Source: a virus (taxonomy: Duplodnaviria > Caudoviricetes). Taken from it: a stretch of 25,770 nucleotides of DNA. Shown piece by piece: positions 16,725-24,725 of this stretch. The position numbers and the translations under genes are program-made. Each line of letters opens with the position of its first letter. The stretch's first letter is position 1. The stretch spans positions 1 through 25,770 of IMG/VR virus record IMGVR_UViG_3300025035_000094; one strand, 5' to 3'. Under the pieces are notes generated by a model. That model was not told the DNA's origin, made no database searches, and saw only the letters and a list, made by a program, of their open reading frames with translations.

Positions 16725-17546
16725 ATGACAGAGAAGACGCTGGCGCCATCCGCCCGCCCGGTCGCGGCTTACCTCGGCGGCAAGCGCAAACTTGCCCGCC
16801 GGATCTGCGCGCTGATCGATGCGCACGATCACCGTACCTATCCCGAGCCGTTCGTCGGGATGGGCGGGGTTTTCCTGCGCCGTCGCTTCCGGCCAGGGGC
16901 CGAGATTGTCAACGACCGCAGCCGCGAGGTCTACACCCTCTTCCGGATGCTGCAGGAGCATTACGTCGCCTTCCTCGACGTGCTGCGGTTCCAGATCACG
17001 ACCCAGGCGAATTTCGAACGTCTGGTGGCTGTGGACCCCGACACGCTGACCGATCTGCAGCGCGCGGCAAGGTTCCTGTACCTGCAGCGGCTGGCGTTTG
17101 GCGGAAAGATCTCGGGACGCAATTTCGGCCTCGATCACGGGCGGCCGGCCCGGTTCAACCTGACCACCCTTGAGCCGGATCTCGAGGCGCTGCACGAGCG
17201 GCTGAGCGGCGTTACGATCACCTGCCTCGACTACGCCGCCTTCATCGACCGCGTCGACCGGCCGGGCGTGCTGTTCTACCTCGACCCGCCCTACTTCGGC
17301 TCGGAGTCGGACTATGGCAAGGGCAGTTTCGAGCGGGCGGACTTCGCCCGGATCGACGAACGTCTGCGCGGCCTGAGCGGCGACTTCCTGCTTTCGATCA
17401 ACGACCGGCCGGAGATCAGGGACCTGTTCGGCTGGGCCCACATCCAGCCGATCGACACCACCTATACCGTCGGCGTCGACGGCAACTGCTATCGCGCCGC
17501 CGAGCTGCTGATTTCCAGTTGGGCTCTGGCCGAGGGGAAAGACTGA
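16725..17546 (+). CDS. D12-class (Dam-like) N6-adenine DNA methyltransferase (273 aa)
   Basis: GAGG then ATG 16725; 'YLGGKRKLA', 'EPFVGMGGVF', 'EIVND', 'LFYLDPPY'. Confidence 0.93.
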   Translation: MTEKTLAPSARPVAAYLGGKRKLARRICALIDAHDHRTYPEPFVGMGGVFLRRRFRPGAEIVNDRSREVYTLFRMLQEHYVAFLDVLRFQITTQANFERLVAVDPDTLTDLQRAARFLYLQRLAFGGKISGRNFGLDHGRPARFNLTTLEPDLEALHERLSGVTITCLDYAAFIDRVDRPGVLFYLDPPYFGSESDYGKGSFERADFARIDERLRGLSGDFLLSINDRPEIRDLFGWAHIQPIDTTYTVGVDGNCYRAAELLISSWALAEGKD

Positions 17547-17615
17547 TGCCTCGCCTCGCGATCAGGGAAGCCCTGGACATTCTGGACAATGGCTGGTCGC
17601 GCAAAGGAGAGACAG

Positions 17616-19241
17616 ATGGCCAATAGTCCCCGGTTGCTTGACCGGTACGGGCGCCCCGTCCGCACGGCGGATCTGAAACGCGAGGTCGCGGGCCCGACCC
17701 TGTCCGGCGTCCGGTCGCCGCTGTCCGGCTATCCGGCAGACGGTCTGACACCGCTGAAGCTGGCGGCGATCCTGCGCGAAGCGGACCAGGGCGACCCGAT
17801 CCGCTACCTGGAACTGGCCGAGACGATCGAGGAACGCGACCCGCACTATCTCGGGGTTCTTGGAACCCGGCGCCGCTCGGTCAGCCAGATCGACATCACG
17901 GTCGAACCCGGCACCGAGGACGCGCGCGGCGAGGAAATCGCCGACCGCATCCGCGACTGGCTGGCGCGTGACGAGCTTGCCGAGGAACTGTTCGACGTCC
18001 TCGACTGCATCGGCAAAGGGTACAGCTTTACCGAGATCCTGTGGGACACCTCTTCGGGGCAATGGGATCCGGCGCGGCTGGAACGGCGCGACCCGCGCTG
18101 GTTCCGGTTCGACCGGGCTGAACTGACCACGCCGCGCCTGCTGGACGAGGGCGGTGAGGAGAAGCCCCTGCCGGGGTTCAAGTTCATCGACGCCCGGATC
18201 AAGGCGAAGTCGGGCCTGCCCCTGCGCGGCGGCCTGGCGCGCGTCGCCACCTGGGGCTGGTTGTTTAAGATGTACACGCAGCGGGACTGGGCGATCTTCA
18301 CCCAGACCTACATGCAGCCGCTGCGGCTGGGCAGATGGGGCGCGGGCGCCACCGAGGAAGACAAGAGCACGCTGTTTCGGGCGGTCGCCAATATCGCGGG
18401 CGACTGCGCCGCGATCATCCCGGAGTCGATGCAGATCGAGTTCGTCGAGGCGAACGGGGCGGCGGCGACGTCCGACGTCTACCTGTCGCGGGTCGACTGG
18501 CTGGACCGGCAGATCAGCAAGGCGGTGCTGGGCCAGACCGCCACCACCGACGCCATCGCCGGCGGACACGCCGTCGGGCAGGAACACCGCGAGGTCCAGG
18601 AGGATATCGAGCGGGCCGACGCAAAGGCCCTGGCGGCGATCCTGAACCGCGATCTGATCCGGCCGTGGGTCGATCTGGAATGGGGGCCGCAGCCGCGCTA
18701 TCCGCGCCTGGTCATCGCCCGGCCCGAGGCCGAGGATCTGAGCGCGCTTGCGAGCCAGTTGTCCCTGCTGGTGCCGCTCGGCTTGAAGGTCTCGGCCGCG
18801 TCGGTGCGGGACAAGTTCGGGCTGGAAGAGCCCGATGGCGAGGACGACACGCTCGGGGCGGCGCCAGAGCGATCGGTCGGTGACCGATTTGAAGCTCGGA
18901 CAGCCAAAATTAAAGCCGTAGAGGGGTCAGGTCGACCCCCGGCGGGGGATGATGCGGCGCCGCAGGCAGAGGGCACCTCAGAGGGCCGCTCAGGGGCTTT
19001 TTCGGTTCCCGGGGTTCTGGCCGGCCGGATGGCGGTCGAGGCCGCCCCGGCGATGGGCGCGATCATGGCCCGGATCGAGGCGATGCTGGCCGCCGCGACC
19101 GGCCTGGAGGAGTTCCGCGAAATGCTGCTGGCCGGGTTCCCGGATCTGGATGCCTCGGCACTGGTCGAGACGATGGCACGGGGCCTGACGGTCGCGCAGG
19201 CCGCAGGCCGGATCGACGTGGAGGAGGAGAGCGATGTCTGA
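17616..19241 (+). CDS. portal protein (Mu gp29/DUF935, 541 aa)
   Basis: AAGGAGA then ATG 17616; 'GLTPLKLAAILREADQGD', 'EERDPH', 'QPLRLGRW', 'QISKAVLGQT'. Confidence 0.93.
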   Translation: MANSPRLLDRYGRPVRTADLKREVAGPTLSGVRSPLSGYPADGLTPLKLAAILREADQGDPIRYLELAETIEERDPHYLGVLGTRRRSVSQIDITVEPGTEDARGEEIADRIRDWLARDELAEELFDVLDCIGKGYSFTEILWDTSSGQWDPARLERRDPRWFRFDRAELTTPRLLDEGGEEKPLPGFKFIDARIKAKSGLPLRGGLARVATWGWLFKMYTQRDWAIFTQTYMQPLRLGRWGAGATEEDKSTLFRAVANIAGDCAAIIPESMQIEFVEANGAAATSDVYLSRVDWLDRQISKAVLGQTATTDAIAGGHAVGQEHREVQEDIERADAKALAAILNRDLIRPWVDLEWGPQPRYPRLVIARPEAEDLSALASQLSLLVPLGLKVSAASVRDKFGLEEPDGEDDTLGAAPERSVGDRFEARTAKIKAVEGSGRPPAGDDAAPQAEGTSEGRSGAFSVPGVLAGRMAVEAAPAMGAIMARIEAMLAAATGLEEFREMLLAGFPDLDASALVETMARGLTVAQAAGRIDVEEESDV

Positions 19242-19473
19242 GAAGCCCGGAACGGTCGAAAGCGCGTCCGACGATCGGACGGCCAACAACGCGGTCCGGC
19301 ACCGGTACAGGGTGCTGAGCGACCAGGAAAAGGAGGCAATGGTCCGGATCAAGGATCTGGGCGCAGCTTTTCTGGCACTCTGCGACGAGGTCGGTTCCAG
19401 CCGCGAAATGGCGCTGGCCAAAACCAACGCGGAACAGGCGGTCATGTGGGCCGTAAAGCACATCACGCGCTGA
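19234..19473 (+). CDS. Acb2/Tad1-like cyclic-nucleotide sponge (putative anti-defence protein, 79 aa)
   Basis: GGAGGAG RBS; 'YRVLSDQEKEAMVRIKDLGAAF...SREMALAKTNAEQAVMWAVKHI' helical-hairpin pattern. Confidence 0.75.
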   Translation: MSEKPGTVESASDDRTANNAVRHRYRVLSDQEKEAMVRIKDLGAAFLALCDEVGSSREMALAKTNAEQAVMWAVKHITR

Positions 19474-19478
19474 TCCGG

Positions 19479-20753
19479 ATGTCCGATTCGCCAATCCGCG
19501 CCACATTCCGCAAGCCCTTCTCCGAGCAGGTCGCGGCGTTCCGGTTGCGGCTGGGCGACCTGGTGCCGACCGCGCGCTGGGACGATCTGCGCGGCAACGA
19601 ACACGACCGCGCCTTCATGGTCGCGGGCGCGGTCAAGGCCGATCTGCTTGCGGATCTGGGGGTGGCGGTGGAAAAGGCGATCTCGGAGGGCACGACCTTC
19701 GAGACATTCCAGAAGGATTTTCGCGGGATCGTCGAGCGGCATGGCTGGCACGGCTGGACCGGCGAGGGCACGGCCAAGGGCGAAGCCTGGCGGATGCGGG
19801 TGATCTACCGCACCAATCTGGCAACCTCCTACGCCGCCGGCCGCCTCGCCCAGTTGCGGGAAGGCAAGTTCAGATACTGGGTCTATCGCCACGGCGGGTC
19901 GCTTGAGCCGCGCCCGCACCATCTGAGCTGGGACGGCGTTGGCCTGCCGCCAGATCATCCGTTCTGGGCTACACACTATCCGCCGAACGGCTGGGGCTGC
20001 AGCTGTACTGTCCACGGCGCGCGGACCGAGGCCGGGATCCGGCGGGTCGGCGGCGACCCCGACAAGGCTCTGCCGGACAACTGGCGGGCCCGCGATGCCA
20101 AGACCGGCGCGCCGGCCGGCATCGACAAGGGCTGGGACCACGCGCCCGGCGCGTCGGTCAGCGACGAGATCCGCGCTTTTGCCGCCAAGCCGGTGGCCTG
20201 GCCTCACCAGATCGGCAAGGCCTTTTTCGGGGACCTGCCCAAGGACCGAGCAGACCCCCTTGTCATCGCGTTCCGCCAGACCGCCTCCCTGGAAGACGAA
20301 CTGCGCCGTTATTCCGAACGGGTCATGGGCGAGCGGGGCGGCATGCCAATCAGCAAGCGCGTCGCCGTGGAACCCATGCGGACGCTCGGCCTTGCGACGC
20401 AGCGGGAGGTCGATACGGTTCGCAAGCTGACGGGCCGTGACGTGGCAGGCAGCGACTGGACACTCGATGCCTCCGCCGTTCGGCACGCGATGGCCCGGCA
20501 CTCGTCTGCGGGGGTCGAAGTCTCCCGTGGCCAGATCCCGTTGGGTCCCTCCGATTTCGGGCGCCTTGGCTGGCTGCTGGCCGCTCCGGACAAGGTTGAA
20601 CGTGCAGAAGACAGTCCAACCGGTCTGCCGGTCCTGCGGGTGAGCCGCGAGACCTCTTCGGCGCGGCTTGTCGCCCTGTTCGAGATCAGGCGGGGCCGGA
20701 TGGCGCTCGTGACGATGTGGCTGGAAAAGATTGTGCCGGGTCCCCGCCCATGA
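19479..20753 (+). CDS. MuF (gp30) head morphogenesis protein with C-terminal PBECR-like domain (424 aa)
   Basis: 'AFMVAGA', 'RVIYRTNL..SYAAGR', 'PRPHH..WDG', 'HYPPNGWGCSC'; extension 'VRHAMARH...RGQIPL...D..RL..LLAAPD...LVTMW'. Confidence 0.9.
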   Translation: MSDSPIRATFRKPFSEQVAAFRLRLGDLVPTARWDDLRGNEHDRAFMVAGAVKADLLADLGVAVEKAISEGTTFETFQKDFRGIVERHGWHGWTGEGTAKGEAWRMRVIYRTNLATSYAAGRLAQLREGKFRYWVYRHGGSLEPRPHHLSWDGVGLPPDHPFWATHYPPNGWGCSCTVHGARTEAGIRRVGGDPDKALPDNWRARDAKTGAPAGIDKGWDHAPGASVSDEIRAFAAKPVAWPHQIGKAFFGDLPKDRADPLVIAFRQTASLEDELRRYSERVMGERGGMPISKRVAVEPMRTLGLATQREVDTVRKLTGRDVAGSDWTLDASAVRHAMARHSSAGVEVSRGQIPLGPSDFGRLGWLLAAPDKVERAEDSPTGLPVLRVSRETSSARLVALFEIRRGRMALVTMWLEKIVPGPRP

Positions 20754-20805
20754 CGTCCAGGACGTTTCCGCGTTGTGAACGCGGCGGGTCGATGCCCCCG
20801 GCATG
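20732..20805 (+). ncRNA. candidate multi-branch RNA spanning the muF stop codon
   Basis: TGCCGGG/CCCGGCA outer stem, CCCGC/GCGGG inner stem, ACGTC/GACGT and CGCGTT/AACGCG hairpins. Confidence 0.4.
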
Positions 20806-20817
20806 GGGAGGATTAGC

Positions 20818-21303
20818 ATGATCGCCGTGGAACTCCAAGATGCCGAGGTGCAGGCGGGGTTCGCGTCGCTGGACGCGGTGCTGGCCGACCTGACCCCGGT
20901 GATGCAGGAGATCGGAGCCTTTCTGGTCGCCTCGGTCCAGGCGCGGATCGACGCGGGCGTGACCCACGAGGGGGTGCCCTTCGCGCCGCGATCACAGACC
21001 ACCCTGGACAAGTATGCGAAGGACAATGCCACGTTCGGCGGTGTTCTTCGCAAGGCAGGGTACCTGCGCGGCAGCATCGCCTCGCAGGCGGGGCCGTTCA
21101 GCGTCGAAGTGGGGTCGAACCGGATCTATGCCGCCGTGATGCAGTTCGGGGCCGAGCAGGGTGCGTTCGGGTCGACGTCGCGCGGCGGCCCGATCCCCTG
21201 GGGCGATATCCCCGCGCGGCCCTATCTCGGCCTGTCGGAAACCGACCGGACGGGGCTGCTGGATATCATCGCCGAGCAGCTGGCGGCGGCCGCCGCCCCT
21301 TGA
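20818..21303 (+). CDS. Mu gpG-like virion morphogenesis protein (161 aa)
   Basis: GGGGAGG then ATG 20818; 'DLTPVMQEIG', 'GYLRGSI', 'VGSNRIYAAVMQFG', 'IPARPYLGLS'. Confidence 0.92.
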   Translation: MIAVELQDAEVQAGFASLDAVLADLTPVMQEIGAFLVASVQARIDAGVTHEGVPFAPRSQTTLDKYAKDNATFGGVLRKAGYLRGSIASQAGPFSVEVGSNRIYAAVMQFGAEQGAFGSTSRGGPIPWGDIPARPYLGLSETDRTGLLDIIAEQLAAAAAP

Positions 21304-21358
21304 TCCGTTCCCGGGGCCGTGCGACGATCATCGCAGGGGAAGCCATCTGCCGCGCACC

Positions 21359-21410
21359 GATCCCTATCACCGAATAGGGTGAAATCGGCCTGCTAATGTC
21401 GCGATGATGG
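21359..21410 (+). promoter_or_regulatory. late promoter copy 2 (PI equivalent)
   Basis: GATCCCTATCACCGAATAGGGTGA-N18-GCGATGATGG directly before the protease ATG. Confidence 0.8.
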
Positions 21411-21414
21411 CGAC

Positions 21415-22464
21415 ATGAACACCGCGTCCCTCACCGCCTGTCCCATGTCCGCGCTGCCTGTCTCGGCGGCGGGCGACCCGCCGGAGTGGGTTCATCTCCT
21501 GCCGCCCGCCGGTCGGCCCATCGAGACAGCGGACGCGCGCGGACCCTACATCTACCGGGACGCCGAGGCCCTGATCGCCAGGAGCCTGCAAGGTGCGGCG
21601 CACAATGGCGGCGAGATCTACATCGACGAGGGCCACGCCACCGACAGGGGGCAGCCTGCCCCGGCGCGCGGATGGATCAAGGAACTGCAGGCCCGCGCCG
21701 ACGGGATCTGGGGGCGGGTCGAATGGACGGCGGAGGGGCGCCGGCTGCTGGCCGAAAAGGCGTATCGCAATCTGTCGCCGGTGCTGATGAAGGCCGATGC
21801 CAGGACAAAGGTCTTTGACTGGGTGTCGCGCGTGGCACTCGTGAACAATCCAAATCTGCGCGGCCTGACCGCGCTCCAGCAGGAGGACTCCATGTCCCTG
21901 AATTCCCGCCTGGCCGAGGCGCTCGGCCTGACCGATCCCGACGAGGATGCCATCGTGTCGGCCGTCACCGCCCTGACCGCATCGCCCGACCTGCAATCCG
22001 CCGTGACCGAAATCGGCGGGCTGGTGGGTGTCGCGGAGACCGCCGACCCGCAGTCGGTAGTGGCCGCCGTCAAGGTGCTGTCGACCGCGAACGAGGGCAC
22101 CGCCGCGCTTCAGGCCGAGCTGGCCACGGTGACGACGCGGCTGAACGCCCTGACGGAAGGGGGCAAGCGCGACAAGGCGACCGCCTTCGTCGACGCCGCG
22201 ATCGCGGCGGGCCGTGTCGGCATCAAGCCGCGGCGGGAGCACTACATCGCCCGCCACATGGCCGATCCGCAGGAGACCGAGGCGGACGTCAACGCCATCC
22301 CGATGCTTCAGGCCGGGTCCATGGTCCCGGCCACGCCGGCCCCGAAAGGCGGCACCGTGTCGCTGAATGCGGCGGAGCTCGAAAGCTGCAAGATGCTGGG
22401 CATCCGGCCTGCTGAGTACATCAAGACTCTCGAATCCGAGCGCAAAGAGGAGGCCGCCTGGTGA
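21415..22464 (+). CDS. Mu gpI-like prohead protease/scaffold (349 aa)
   Basis: 'PEWVHLLP', 'IDEGHA', 'APARGWI', 'VEWT', 'YRNLSPV', 'ALVNNPNL'. Confidence 0.93.
   Translation: MNTASLTACPMSALPVSAAGDPPEWVHLLPPAGRPIETADARGPYIYRDAEALIARSLQGAAHNGGEIYIDEGHATDRGQPAPARGWIKELQARADGIWGRVEWTAEGRRLLAEKAYRNLSPVLMKADARTKVFDWVSRVALVNNPNLRGLTALQQEDSMSLNSRLAEALGLTDPDEDAIVSAVTALTASPDLQSAVTEIGGLVGVAETADPQSVVAAVKVLSTANEGTAALQAELATVTTRLNALTEGGKRDKATAFVDAAIAAGRVGIKPRREHYIARHMADPQETEADVNAIPMLQAGSMVPATPAPKGGTVSLNAAELESCKMLGIRPAEYIKTLESERKEEAAW
21892..22464 (+). CDS. nested in-frame scaffolding protein (Mu gpZ equivalent, 190 aa)
   Basis: AGGAGG at 21881 then in-frame ATG 21892, just after the protease domain; same arrangement as Mu I/Z. 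Confidence 0.75.
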   Translation: MSLNSRLAEALGLTDPDEDAIVSAVTALTASPDLQSAVTEIGGLVGVAETADPQSVVAAVKVLSTANEGTAALQAELATVTTRLNALTEGGKRDKATAFVDAAIAAGRVGIKPRREHYIARHMADPQETEADVNAIPMLQAGSMVPATPAPKGGTVSLNAAELESCKMLGIRPAEYIKTLESERKEEAAW

Positions 22465-22907
22465 CCGCACTGGCTGAAGACCGCAATACCCCCCGCTCCG
22501 AGGGCGATCTGCGCTCCGGACCCGTCGCCGCGTCGATGCTGATCTACGCAGGCGCGCTGGTCTGCCGGAACGCCGCCGGATACCTGGTCAAGGGCGCCGC
22601 GGCGACCGGCCTGGTGGGCGTGGGCCGCGCCGAGCAGCGGATCGACAATTCCGCCGGGGCGAACGGCGCGCTGACCCTGACGTACCGGCCCGGCATCTAC
22701 CGCTTCGGCAACTCGGCCGCCGCCGACCTGATCACGATCGCCGAGGTCGGCGATGTCTGTTTCGTGGTCGACGACCAGACCGTGGCCAAGACGGACGGAA
22801 CCAGCGCCCGGTCCGCCGCCGGGATCGTCGACTCGGTCGACAGCCTGGGCGTCTGGGTCCGCATGGACGAAGCCCTCACCCTCACCGCCGTCGCCGCGGC
22901 AGTCTAA
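22461..22907 (+). CDS. capsid decoration/cement protein (148 aa)
   Basis: GAGGAGG plus GTGA overlap; Gly/Ala-rich beta protein 'PVAASMLIYAGALV...VGDVCFVVDDQTV...GVWV' between protease and capsid genes. Confidence 0.8.
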   Translation: MTALAEDRNTPRSEGDLRSGPVAASMLIYAGALVCRNAAGYLVKGAAATGLVGVGRAEQRIDNSAGANGALTLTYRPGIYRFGNSAAADLITIAEVGDVCFVVDDQTVAKTDGTSARSAAGIVDSVDSLGVWVRMDEALTLTAVAAAV

Positions 22908-22919
22908 AGGAGAGCCCAG

Positions 22920-23813
22920 ATGCTCGTCAATTCCGCGAACCTCGCTCCGCTCCGCGTCGGTTTCAAGACCATCTTTCAGGGCGGACTGGGTCAGGCCTCG
23001 TCGATGCACATGCGGGTCGCCACGAACGTGCCCTCCAGCACCCGCGAGCAGAAGTTCGGCTGGCTCGGCAAGATCCCCAATGTCGTCGAATGGGTCGGCG
23101 CGCGCCAGGTGCAGAACCTGAAGCAGCACGACTACACGATCCGCGAGAAGGCCTGGGAACTGACCATTGCCGTCGAGCGCGACGACATCGAGACCGACAA
23201 TCTCGGGATCTATACGCCGCTGTTCACCGAGATGGGGATGTCGACGGGGTCCCACTGGGATAGCCTGGTGTTCGGGCTGCTGAAGGATGGCTTCGCCACC
23301 GTCTGCTATGACGGGCAGTATTACTTCGACACCGATCATCCGGTTCTCGGGGTGGAAGGCACCGTGACCACGGTGCCAAATACCGATGGCGGGTCCGGCA
23401 CGCCGTGGTTCCTGCTGGACGTCAACCGCGCGCTGAAGCCGATCATCCTTCAGAAGCGCAAGGATTTCGAGTTCGTGGCGAGGGACAAGCTGACCGACGG
23501 TAACGTCTTCACCAACAAGGAATTCGTATACGGCGCCGACGCGCGCGCCAACGTCGGCTTCGGCTTCTGGCAGTTCGCCTGGGGGTCGAAACAGACCCTG
23601 AACGCGGCGAACTATGCCGCCGCCCGCGCCGCGCTGTCCGGCATGAAGGGCGACTATGGCCGCCCGCTCGGCATCATGCCGAACCTGCTGGTGGTGCCGC
23701 CCGCGCTGGAAAGCGCCGGCCGCAAGCTGCTGAATTCGGAATTTGCATCCGGCGGCGAGACCAACGAGTGGAAAGGCACGGCCGAGCTGCTGGTCGTGCC
23801 CTGGCTGGCCTGA
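22920..23813 (+). CDS. Mu gpT-like major capsid protein (297 aa)
   Basis: AAAGGAGA RBS; 'GWLGKIP..VEWVG.R', 'CYDGQYYFDTDHPV', 'PWFLLD..RALKPIILQ.R', 'GFGFWQFA'. Confidence 0.96.
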   Translation: MLVNSANLAPLRVGFKTIFQGGLGQASSMHMRVATNVPSSTREQKFGWLGKIPNVVEWVGARQVQNLKQHDYTIREKAWELTIAVERDDIETDNLGIYTPLFTEMGMSTGSHWDSLVFGLLKDGFATVCYDGQYYFDTDHPVLGVEGTVTTVPNTDGGSGTPWFLLDVNRALKPIILQKRKDFEFVARDKLTDGNVFTNKEFVYGADARANVGFGFWQFAWGSKQTLNAANYAAARAALSGMKGDYGRPLGIMPNLLVVPPALESAGRKLLNSEFASGGETNEWKGTAELLVVPWLA

Positions 23814-23826
23814 GGGGTGATCTGAC

Positions 23827-24222
23827 ATGGCACGCCGCGCGAAGGCAGCGCCCGCACCCGAAACGGAACCCGCGGAGAAGCCGGACCAACCGGCCGCCGC
23901 GGTAACGGGGGACAAGTCGCCCCCGTCGGTGGAGCCGGGGGGTGCTGCCCCCCCGGCTTCGACTGAAGCGGTCGCATCGACCGGACGAGACACCAGCGGA
24001 GAGGCCACCGGCCGTGACCGGGGCGAGCCGGCAGCGGGGGAAGACGCCTCCGCTGCCGACCTGGTCGTCGTTGGCCCATCCAGGGGGTTCTGGCGCGCGG
24101 GGCGCAGGTTCGGCCCGGAGCCGACCGTCATCCCCTTGGCGGACCTGACCGAAGATCAGATCGGGGCGATCCTCAGGGAGCCCGCGCTCGTGGCCACCTT
24201 CGTCGAAATGCCCGCAGACTGA
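23827..24222 (+). CDS. HI1506-like (Mu gp35-like) protein with low-complexity N-terminus
   Basis: 'GFWRAGRRFGPEPTVIPLADLTEDQIGAILREPAL'; follows the capsid gene. Confidence 0.82.
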   Translation: MARRAKAAPAPETEPAEKPDQPAAAVTGDKSPPSVEPGGAAPPASTEAVASTGRDTSGEATGRDRGEPAAGEDASAADLVVVGPSRGFWRAGRRFGPEPTVIPLADLTEDQIGAILREPALVATFVEMPAD

Positions 24223-24229
24223 CATCCGC

Positions 24230-24251
24230 CCGGCGGCGCCTGCGCCGCCGG
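24230..24251 (+). other. perfect 9-bp GC hairpin after the capsid cluster
   Basis: CCGGCGGCG-cctg-CGCCGCCGG, no U tract. Confidence 0.55.
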
Positions 24252-24290
24252 ATCCGGGTTGCAGAGAAAGGCCAGGCAGGAGATCCCGAC

Positions 24291-24725
24291 ATGCCGTATT
24301 GCACGCTCGACCTGCTCACCGACCGCTTCGGCGCCCGGATGCTGATCGGCCTCACCGATCGGGCCGAGCTGGCGACCGGCACGGTCGACACCGATGTCGT
24401 CGACCGCGCCATCGCCGACGCGGATGCCGTGATCGACGGGCATCTGCGCACCCGCTACGCGCTGCCGATGGCCGAACCGATCCCCGCGCTGCTGACCGAT
24501 ATCGCCATGTCGATCGTCGGCTACAAGCTGCACACCTCGCAGCCGAACCCGAAGATCGAAACCGACTACAAGGACGCTTTGAGGCACCTTGAAGCGATCG
24601 CGAAAGGCACGATCCAGCTGTCCGCCGCCGGGCTCTCGACGGGCGGCGCCGCCACCGGGTCGGGCGCCCGGATCACCGATCGCGAACGCCCGTTCACCGA
24701 GGCCAACCTGAAGGGGTTCATCTGA
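24291..24725 (+). CDS. head-tail adaptor (Mu gp36/DUF1320)
   Basis: 'YCTLDLLTDRFG', 'AIADADAVIDGHL..RYALP', 'YKDALRHLEAIAKGTIQL'. Confidence 0.9.
   Translation: MPYCTLDLLTDRFGARMLIGLTDRAELATGTVDTDVVDRAIADADAVIDGHLRTRYALPMAEPIPALLTDIAMSIVGYKLHTSQPNPKIETDYKDALRHLEAIAKGTIQLSAAGLSTGGAATGSGARITDRERPFTEANLKGFI

Noticed and set aside
16842-16844. Pro in the methylase 'YPEPF' motif, where Ala/Val seems more usual
   Set aside because: Single-residue difference outside the core FxGxG; cannot be judged without an alignment
17572-17588. Short direct repeat CTGGACA x2 at the methylase/portal junction
   Set aside because: Only 7 bp, with no matching copy found at the other side of the insert, so no support as a target-site duplication
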